From: Candidatus Dojkabacteria bacterium
GTDB taxonomy: Bacteria; Patescibacteriota; Dojkabacteria; B142; JAFGFJ01
Length of the DNA: 64,000 bases
Direction of reading: 5' to 3'
Assembly (NCBI GenBank): GCA_016931155.1
Contig: JAFGFJ010000006.1
Span: forward strand, 220,389 to 284,388
Positions 57,171 to 64,000 of this stretch are shown piece after piece (within the stretch, counting starts at the first letter, position 1; each line of letters opens with the position of its first letter). The position numbers and the translations under genes are program-made. Under the pieces are notes generated by a model that saw nothing but the letters and a program-made list of their open reading frames with translations, was not told where the DNA came from and did not search any database.

Positions 57171-59545
57171 TTACTTATTGTCTTTTCAAATAATGGTTTG
57201 TAATTTTTTTCATAAATTTCATCCCACAAAAAATTCTTCACCTTTTTAAAATTGGTATTTTTGATCTTTTCAATTCTTGTTTTTGATTTGAATAATCTTA
57301 CAAATTTTTGTTTCAGTTCCTCTAAATTCCCGAAATCGAATAGATATCCGTTTTCTTCTTCTTTAATTAAAAAATTCCCCCCCTCAGTTCTCGTACTTAT
57401 TATCGCATTCCTCTTTGCCATTGCTTCTACTATGACGATCCCAAATGCTTCCCACTGGCTTGGAAGTATTGAGATGTCGGATCTTTGTACAATTTGGTCT
57501 CTAATTTCATCAGAAGGATTCTCCAGTATTTTTACGTACTTTTTCAATTTGTTTTCTTTTATTATCATTTCATAGACAACCTTTTCTGTAACATCACGAC
57601 CCATAATAAAAAACATAATGTCTTTATACTTTTTAGTCAGTTCAGGAAGTACGTTCAAAACCTGATCAACTCCTTTGTATTTATTAAATCTGCCGACATA
57701 TGAGATTACAGTCTTCCCGGCAAGCCTGTACTGCCTCTCAATTTTTTTTGTATTTAGTTCCTCAAGTAACTCCGTGTCAATTCCGTTTGGGACATATCTG
57801 ATCTTTTTCCGATCCATCCCATAAAGAGAAGACATCCACTCTTTTTGAGTATCATTGTCGTCTATCATTATATTGAAAAGTGAATTCGCATAAAGTCTAA
57901 TGATTGATGAAAATATTTTTTTGATAAGATTTTTAACAATTCCGTAATCTGGTAGCGACATAAAAGGACCGTGCGGTGTATTAATAAATCTGGTGTGTTT
58001 ACTAAATATTTTTTTGATTATCAAACAAAAATCCTGCCACAAAAATCCTATTCCGATCGAGTGCACGTAGTCCAGCTTTGTGTGTAGAAGTTTAAATAGA
58101 AGACCGGGATAAAATAGCAGGTAATATGAATTATTTAATTTTTTGAATCTGTGGATTCTGATTCCTTCATACTCCTCTTCAGCAGGAAGACCTTTGTTTC
58201 CTGAGGTAAAGACTTCAACTTGATAGTTATCCTTTGCAAGCCTTTTCCCAAGGCTGAGAGCATTGTGTTCAGCACCACCTTTTTGAGGATAGAAAAACGG
58301 GATTACTATTCCCACCTTACCTCTGGTGCTGGAGTATAAATTTTCAAATGAGCTTACTGTCATTTCTGTTGTTTTTGTCCAGCTGAATTGTTTTGCTCTT
58401 GCGAGTCCTTTTTTTCTCATTTCTTTTCGGAGACCCTGTTCGATCAGGATACGATTCATTGCCAGAGAAATTTGTTTTTCATTTTTTGGTTCTACAAGGA
58501 TCGCTGCATCACCCAGTACTTCAGGATATGAAGTTTTATTTGCTGCAATGACGGGTGCCCCTGCGGCAAGAGCCTCAAGAACTGATAACCCGAATCCTTC
58601 ATACTCGGAAAGATGAACAAATGCTTCTGCATTTTGAAGCAAGGTGGTCATATGTTTTTCATCTATTCGTCCAGGGAAGTGTACTCTGTGTTCAAGCTGA
58701 AGTTTTTTAATTTTTTCAAAAAGTAGACTTGCAGTTTTAGTTTGGGGGTGTGCTTTGTTGTCCCATCCAAGCTTAAACTCATTCGAAACAATCACCAGTT
58801 TAAGGTCAGGATGTCTTTGTGAGATCCTCTGAAAGGATGATATAAGTGTCTCTATGTTTTTATTTGGTTCCAGTCCACCATAGTATAGGAAATATGGTCT
58901 TGTAATTCGATAAGTCATTAACGTTCTTTTTTTATCTTTTTCTTCTTCCGTGCTTGCGTCATTAAAAAAATTTTCTGAAACGGCGAGTGGGGTAACGACA
59001 ATCTTTTTGGGATCAAATCCTCCTTTGTTTACGAGCTCATTTTTTGAAAATTCAGAGATAGTAATTATTAAATCTGCTTCTCTTGCTCTTATGAGATTAT
59101 TCCGATAGAAGTCTCCTTTGAGCGAATTAAAAATACCTCCTTTACTGGAGTATTTATTGGTTACAAGAGGAACGATGTCGTGGACAACAACTGCTACTCT
59201 AGTTTTTCCAATAGGCAGACCCCTTTCCATGTGGGTTGCAAAATATAAATCGGGTTTCACCTTTTTAATAATTGGAAGGTATTTAAGAGAAAAAAAAAGA
59301 GAATTAAAAACATTTGAAGGTCTGGTTTTTCCTAGTGAATGGAAAACAATTTTATCGCCTTTTCTTGTTTTAAGAAGTCGCAGATTACTTTTTTCATCAT
59401 CAAAACCAAGCAGGTGCCACTCATGGTTTGGAATTTTTACAAGACCGGAAGTAATATTCAGTCCATATCTCCCTATACCTCTTCCGGAATATTGGTCTTT
59501 TAAAAAAGTTATATCAATAGCAATTTTCATTTTTCTCTCTATCAA
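57167..59545 (-). CDS. fused tandem family-4 (GT-B) glycosyltransferase, 792 aa
   Basis: Two copies of the EX7E region (EGFGLSVLEALAAGAPVIA and EAFGIVIVEAMAKRNAIIS), each preceded by a Rossmann-like N-half. Confidence 0.8.
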   Translation of the reverse strand: MIERKMKIAIDITFLKDQYSGRGIGRYGLNITSGLVKIPNHEWHLLGFDDEKSNLRLLKTRKGDKIVFHSLGKTRPSNVFNSLFFSLKYLPIIKKVKPDLYFATHMERGLPIGKTRVAVVVHDIVPLVTNKYSSKGGIFNSLKGDFYRNNLIRAREADLIITISEFSKNELVNKGGFDPKKIVVTPLAVSENFFNDASTEEEKDKKRTLMTYRITRPYFLYYGGLEPNKNIETLISSFQRISQRHPDLKLVIVSNEFKLGWDNKAHPQTKTASLLFEKIKKLQLEHRVHFPGRIDEKHMTTLLQNAEAFVHLSEYEGFGLSVLEALAAGAPVIAANKTSYPEVLGDAAILVEPKNEKQISLAMNRILIEQGLRKEMRKKGLARAKQFSWTKTTEMTVSSFENLYSSTRGKVGIVIPFFYPQKGGAEHNALSLGKRLAKDNYQVEVFTSGNKGLPAEEEYEGIRIHRFKKLNNSYYLLFYPGLLFKLLHTKLDYVHSIGIGFLWQDFCLIIKKIFSKHTRFINTPHGPFMSLPDYGIVKNLIKKIFSSIIRLYANSLFNIMIDDNDTQKEWMSSLYGMDRKKIRYVPNGIDTELLEELNTKKIERQYRLAGKTVISYVGRFNKYKGVDQVLNVLPELTKKYKDIMFFIMGRDVTEKVVYEMIIKENKLKKYVKILENPSDEIRDQIVQRSDISILPSQWEAFGIVIVEAMAKRNAIISTRTEGGNFLIKEEENGYLFDFGNLEELKQKFVRLFKSKTRIEKIKNTNFKKVKNFLWDEIYEKNYKPLFEKTISN

Positions 59546-59640
59546 AAAGACTAATGCTGATTATACCACTTCGTTTATCTAGTTTGGCGAAATGTTCATT
59601 AAAAGATATAATCAGCAATAATACTTCTAATTATTTTCTT

Positions 59641-60618
59641 ATGGATAAAAAAGGATGTTTGATTTTCGGAGGAATTTTCTTTCTGATCTTCGTGATTTGT
59701 TTTTGTTCTTTTTCTTTTTTTCTTGTGAGCATAGGAAGCTCGACCGGTATGACTCAGGAAGGGATAATAGAGACAACACTTAAGGATGGAATCTCAAAAG
59801 AAAAGATTGCTGTAATTGATCTGGAGGGAGTAATTATTTCAGATTCCTCAGGTGTTTACAATGGAGATGATATGGTTCAAAGAGTGGTTAAGAAGCTTAA
59901 AAAAGTGCAGAAAGATGATTCATATAAAGCTGTAATTTTAAGGATAAACACTCCTGGAGGGACGGTCTTTGACAGCGACAAAATCGCAAATGAAGTAATA
60001 AAGACAAAAAATAAGGGGAAAATAGTCGTTGCTCTGATGGAAGAATCAGCGACTTCGGGTGGATACTACGTTGCCTCAGCAGCAAATAAAATAATAGCCT
60101 CTGAGGTTACGGTTACGGGTAGTATAGGTGCTGTCAGCCAGATAATTGAGCTTGGTGGGCTCTATGAGAAACTTGGGGTCGAAGTTATAACTATTACCAA
60201 TACCAGCGGGGATGTCAAAACCTTTGAGAATATTGGGGATCCGGATAGTAAAGATAGAAAAGTATATGAGCAACTTCTTGATGATAATTTCGATGCTTTT
60301 GTGAATATGATTGACGACAACAGGGAGCTTTCAAGAGAGGAAATATTGGAACTCGCTGATGGAAGTATTTACAGTGGGAAAAGAGCATTGGAACTTGGTT
60401 TGGTTGACGAACTTGGTGATATGGACGATGCGCTGGATACGGCTTCATGTGAAGCAGCTCTTTCAAATCCTAAAGTAATTGAGCTTGCTGATCCACAGGA
60501 TTTTTTCTCCAGCTTATTTGGACCTTCCTATATCAAGTCTTTGAAAGTAATTGATAACTTTAACAATAAAACGAATGTGGAACCGGGAATTTATACCTGG
60601 TACATAGCTGTTCCTTAG
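59641..60618 (+). CDS. sppA: signal peptide peptidase SppA (S49 family, 36K type)
   Basis: Signal anchor after MDKKG. ATSGGYYVASAANKIIASEVTVTGSIG catalytic Ser region and the downstream Lys region. ATG at 59641 preferred over 59554. Confidence 0.8.
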   Translation: MDKKGCLIFGGIFFLIFVICFCSFSFFLVSIGSSTGMTQEGIIETTLKDGISKEKIAVIDLEGVIISDSSGVYNGDDMVQRVVKKLKKVQKDDSYKAVILRINTPGGTVFDSDKIANEVIKTKNKGKIVVALMEESATSGGYYVASAANKIIASEVTVTGSIGAVSQIIELGGLYEKLGVEVITITNTSGDVKTFENIGDPDSKDRKVYEQLLDDNFDAFVNMIDDNRELSREEILELADGSIYSGKRALELGLVDELGDMDDALDTASCEAALSNPKVIELADPQDFFSSLFGPSYIKSLKVIDNFNNKTNVEPGIYTWYIAVP

Positions 60619-60632
60619 TTGGACTTAATAAT

Positions 60633-61292
60633 ATGGAAATTACTGCTCTTGTTAGGGGTAAAAGGTCGAGCAGAATAAATGTGTTTGTTGATAAGGAGTA
60701 TTCCTTTTCTGTTGAGGAAACTACCCTTACCAGGGAAAATCTTTTCAGAGGGAAGAAAATTTCAGAAAAAGAAATAGACAAAATTAAAGAAAAGGATTTG
60801 GTTGAAAAACTCATATTCCGGTGCGTTGAGCTGATTGGAAGGAGACCAAGAAGCAGGGGGGAAATTAGGCGTTATGTGGAAGGAAAGCTGAGGAATAAAA
60901 AGTATTATGATTTTTCGAAGGAGGAAATTGAAAATGTTTGCAGCAAGGTCGCTGAAAGAATGGAATCTAAAGGATATGTAGATGATAAAGAATTTGCTGG
61001 GTGGTGGGTGAGAAGTAGAAAGGAACATCGGCCCAGAGGTCAGATTGTTTTGAGGCAGGAGCTCATTAAAAAAGGAATAGAAAAGGAAATAATTGATGAA
61101 GTATTGGAGAATAGTTATGATAAAAGTGTTGAATTAGAAACAGCATTAAGCCTTGTCAAAAGAGAATTGGAAAGTCTCAGGAATAAGGATATAGCAAAAA
61201 TAGAAATCAAATTAAAGCTTTCAAGATTTCTAGGAGGAAAAGGCTATAGATGGGGAATTATCAGCGAAGTATTTAAGCAATTGGGTTTGTGA
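60633..61292 (+). CDS. recX: RecX-family regulatory protein
   Basis: Three-helix-repeat architecture with RINVFVDKEYSFSV...RCVELIGRRPRSRGEIRRYVEGK, typical of RecX. Confidence 0.6.
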   Translation: MEITALVRGKRSSRINVFVDKEYSFSVEETTLTRENLFRGKKISEKEIDKIKEKDLVEKLIFRCVELIGRRPRSRGEIRRYVEGKLRNKKYYDFSKEEIENVCSKVAERMESKGYVDDKEFAGWWVRSRKEHRPRGQIVLRQELIKKGIEKEIIDEVLENSYDKSVELETALSLVKRELESLRNKDIAKIEIKLKLSRFLGGKGYRWGIISEVFKQLGL

Positions 61293-61474
61293 AAAGTACA
61301 GTATTTTTTATTAAGCAATAATAATACTTGACAGGCTTACCGCAGCATTAAGTCTTTTTCAATTCTTATGATGATACTGAAACAGGCAAGGGCTGTAATC
61401 AAATTTTTTGACTATTGTCAAAATAGAGAAGATGTATTATTATCTGTCACATCAAATTTTTTCTGATTATTTTT

Positions 61475-61789
61475 ATGAATACTCTTGGTGAAAGAATAAA
61501 GCAGGCACGTGTTGAAGCAAAACTTTCTCAGCTTGAGGTGGGGGTGGCTCTTGCTGTTTCAGATAAAACAATAAGCGGGTATGAGTCGGGGCGCATTAGT
61601 CCTCCGATCGATAATCTTATGAAGTTAGCTGATCTACTAAAGAAGCCTGTAGGCTATTTTATCGGTGTTGATCCCAGACAATATAGTGTAGGATCAAGAC
61701 TTAGAGGAGTTGAAATAGCACTTCGGGAAATTAGAAAAGAGTTGAGAGAAATTAAAACTGGACTTGGAGGTAGTTATCCAGGTTCGTGA
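61475..61789 (+). CDS. XRE-family helix-turn-helix transcriptional regulator
   Basis: LGERIKQARVEAKLSQLEVGVALAVSDKTISGYESG HTH_3 pattern. Confidence 0.75.
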   Translation: MNTLGERIKQARVEAKLSQLEVGVALAVSDKTISGYESGRISPPIDNLMKLADLLKKPVGYFIGVDPRQYSVGSRLRGVEIALREIRKELREIKTGLGGSYPGS

Positions 61790-61878
61790 ATCTGGGCTGA
61801 GAAATACGTAATTAGTCACTTATTCTTGTTCGATTTACTCTGAGGTGATAAAATCAAACCTGCTATCAATATAAATCA

Positions 61879-62478
61879 ATGAATACAAATGTGCTGGAAA
61901 AAATAGAAAAGGGTCAGAGAAAAGGTAAAATGGTCAGCTTCAATGTGGGTGACAGTATTGCTGTTCATAGTGTTATTGATAAAGATAAAGAAGGGAAAGA
62001 GCGTGTTCAGATCTTTAAAGGTATTGTTCTGAAGGTTAAAGGATCCGGGATTGGAAAGACCTTTGTAGTAAGAAAAATCGCTCATGGGGGGATTGGTGTG
62101 GAAAAGACGATTCTTATGAATTCTCCTCTTATCAAAAAAATAGAATTTATAAAAAAGGGTAAGGTCAGGAAGGCAAAGCTTTATTACATGAGAAAAAGAA
62201 TAGGAAAAGCTGCCTTGAAAATAATGGAGGGGACAATGAGTGAAAAGGAGATGAAAGAGTTGGAGGAGGCTATGGAGGAACAGAAAAAGGAGAGGAAAGA
62301 GGGAACTGAAGAAGAAAATAATTCAGAAATTTCTGAAGGACAAACGAAAAAAGAGGAACAGAATTCTGCTGTAGAGAATATGGAGAAAACAAAGGACAAA
62401 AAGGAAAATCAAATGACTAATGAAAAGGACGGGGAGAAGAAAGATAATAAGAATGTCGAAGAAGAAAATAAAGGATAA
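61879..62478 (+). CDS. rplS: 50S ribosomal protein L19 with a long Lys/Glu-rich C-terminal extension
   Basis: FNVGDSIAVHSVIDKDKEGKERVQIFKGIVLKVKGSGIGKTFVVRKIAHGGIGVEKT...KVRKAKLYYMRKRIGKAA L19 core. About 80 extra KE-rich residues. Confidence 0.9.
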   Translation: MNTNVLEKIEKGQRKGKMVSFNVGDSIAVHSVIDKDKEGKERVQIFKGIVLKVKGSGIGKTFVVRKIAHGGIGVEKTILMNSPLIKKIEFIKKGKVRKAKLYYMRKRIGKAALKIMEGTMSEKEMKELEEAMEEQKKERKEGTEEENNSEISEGQTKKEEQNSAVENMEKTKDKKENQMTNEKDGEKKDNKNVEEENKG

Positions 62479-62586
62479 AGAAAAGATAAAGATAAAGACA
62501 AAGATAAAGACAAAGACAAAGACAAAGACAAAGACTCGAGGCTTTAGTTGCGATGAGTCTACAGAATAACAACTTCTAGAATTACA

Positions 62587-63207
62587 ATGTCCATTAGCTG
62601 TAAGGGTTTAAAGCCAGACTACGAATACGAGTTGTTTGCAAAGGGTTTTAGTCGGGTAGTGGGAATAGATGAAGTTGGGAGAGGGGCATGGGCTGGACCG
62701 CTTGTACTTGCCGCATATATTTTTACCCAGGAAGGAGAATTTGTTGAAGGAGTAAATGACTCGAAGAAAATTTCAAAAAAGAAGAGAAAAATGTTATCGG
62801 TTGACCTCAAAAGCAATTCTTCAATCATTGAGGTAGAGGCTAAAAGAATAGATGATATGGGTGTGGGTGTTGCAACTGAATGGGCAATTTTGGAGCTTAT
62901 TAATAAGTTAAATTCTCCGGATACCTATTTTCTGATTGACGGAAAATTCCCTTCAATTCAATCTGTAAGGACAGAAATAGTAATTGGTGGCGATGCAAGG
63001 TTCTATTCAGTTGCCTGTGCATCAATTATTGCAAAAGTTTACAGAGATAATCTCATGTGTAGTTACTCCGTTAATTTTCCTCAATATGGTTTTGAAAAAC
63101 ATGTTGGTTATGGAACAGAAATGCACCTGAAAGCAATAAGAAGCCTTGGTTTAACTTCCCTACACAGGAAGTCCTACAAGCCAATCCGGGCATTTATTTG
63201 TGATTGA
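62587..63207 (+). CDS. rnhB: ribonuclease HII
   Basis: GIDEVGRGAWAGPLVLAAYI catalytic DE block plus the downstream D and hGYG regions. Confidence 0.85.
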   Translation: MSISCKGLKPDYEYELFAKGFSRVVGIDEVGRGAWAGPLVLAAYIFTQEGEFVEGVNDSKKISKKKRKMLSVDLKSNSSIIEVEAKRIDDMGVGVATEWAILELINKLNSPDTYFLIDGKFPSIQSVRTEIVIGGDARFYSVACASIIAKVYRDNLMCSYSVNFPQYGFEKHVGYGTEMHLKAIRSLGLTSLHRKSYKPIRAFICD

Positions 63208-63289
63208 CGAAGAAAGATGCGAAATTTGTAAGGATTTTGTAAAGTTTTTGTACTCATAATGATAACGTATTACTTTTTACATTATCTAA

Positions 63290-64000
63290 ATGAGCAAATT
63301 AAAGACAGCTCTAGCTAGTTCGTTTGCTGTGCTTATTGCCCTAACTTTGCTTCTTGTGGGCTTCTCTCAAGCCAAGGCGTGCAATGGGAACAATATGGGC
63401 AAGTGGAAGAAGTATCTTTTCTACGATGATTTTGTAGGCAGAACTTTTTTTAAGGATGAGAAAAGCTGGGCGCAGTGGTATAGGTATGAATACAATTTGG
63501 ATGGAGCAGCAAGTTATGTAAAACTACCTAGAGCCAGTGCATTAAGATTGATGGTAGATGAAAAAGCTACAGATGTTTATTACTCCAATGCCGACATATC
63601 TACTTCAGAAATAAACAATTATCAGGGAAGGTTTTTGTTCGGGGAAAATACCAAGGTATCGGTAAGAATGAGGTATAGTCCGAATATAAATGCAGATCCT
63701 GCAACTCCAGCGGGAGCGAAAGGCTCGGCCGGATTACTATTTTGGAACTATTTTCTTGGACCAGTTGATCCTGAACTTAAAGATCTTACAAAAGTTAGGG
63801 ATGCGTTTGGCTTTGTCTGGCAGGATGAAGGTTCTGTTCCCACTCCTGGTTTTTGGGAAATTGCAGTTGCACAAGGAGTTCCAGGTGAGTATCTACCTGA
63901 CTATGATGTAGATCTCTCACAGTATCATGTGTACTCACTGGAAAGAAGACATGATTCAATGAAGTACTTTATTGATGGGCAGCTTGTCCATACTGTACTT
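63290..64000 (+). CDS. secreted hypothetical protein, 3'-partial (runs off the window); possibly a concanavalin-A-like lectin/glucanase fold
   Basis: ATG at 63290 with signal peptide MSKLKTALASSFAVLIALTLLLVGFSQA. Frame remains open to nt 64000. Fold guess is from composition only. Confidence 0.4.
   Translation, partial: MSKLKTALASSFAVLIALTLLLVGFSQAKACNGNNMGKWKKYLFYDDFVGRTFFKDEKSWAQWYRYEYNLDGAASYVKLPRASALRLMVDEKATDVYYSNADISTSEINNYQGRFLFGENTKVSVRMRYSPNINADPATPAGAKGSAGLLFWNYFLGPVDPELKDLTKVRDAFGFVWQDEGSVPTPGFWEIAVAQGVPGEYLPDYDVDLSQYHVYSLERRHDSMKYFIDGQLVHTVL

Noticed and set aside
1-64000. Alternative genetic code (UGA=Gly code 25 or UGA=Trp code 4), as in some Patescibacteria
   Set aside because: TGA terminates well-conserved genes at the expected length (for example the ORF ending at 3024 and the znuB region). 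TAA and TAG are also used. Conserved proteins have normal lengths under the standard code.

Overview
Low-GC (~35%) bacterial fragment with a compact, Candidate-Phyla-Radiation / Patescibacteria-like look: short intergenic regions, many secreted or membrane-anchored proteins, 7 tRNA genes, no gatA/gatC next to gatB. Roughly 1-18.2 kb and 36.3-64 kb are core genes. These are a partial SanA/DUF218 gene, gatB, tsaE, tsaB, recJ, glyA, folD, a CdnL-like regulator, a DEAD-box helicase, a UbiA prenyltransferase, an ECF sigma factor with a putative anti-sigma partner, an SPFH protein, a ZnuABC-type metal ABC transporter, an ABC-2 exporter, a glycosyltransferase cluster (GT-C, processive GT2, fused GT4-GT4), sppA, recX, rplS and rnhB. 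Two large Cys-rich or DUF11 surface proteins carry coding microsatellites (AGY and CCAACG).

The most interesting region is about 18.3-36.2 kb. tRNA-Arg and tRNA-His are followed by a large serine integrase whose gene runs into the 3' half of tRNA-His. The integrase is translationally chained behind an EcoRII-like REase, an HTH-fused Dcm-like C5-MTase and Vsr. Further right lies a string of gene modules, each ending in a ~28-bp direct repeat related to the tRNA-His 3' end: a Rep_trans-like/SpoVG-like/unknown operon with a DUF4143 ATPase, AbiEi/AbiEii, an orphan 386-aa gene, an inverted APH-like kinase, and membrane/secreted unknowns. I count 4 clear repeat copies and 2 degenerate ones. This looks like a cassette-like or serial-accretion integrative array.

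Other notable signals:
- a 7-unit iteron-like tandem repeat just upstream of the tRNAs;
- a family of three homologous ~50-nt hairpin elements downstream of secreted-protein genes;
- a (AAAGAY)9 repeat immediately after the rplS stop codon;
- a GAGTGAA heptamer repeat plus a strong intrinsic terminator after the sigma/anti-sigma pair.

All calls are from reading the sequence and translated ORFs by eye. No database searches were run.
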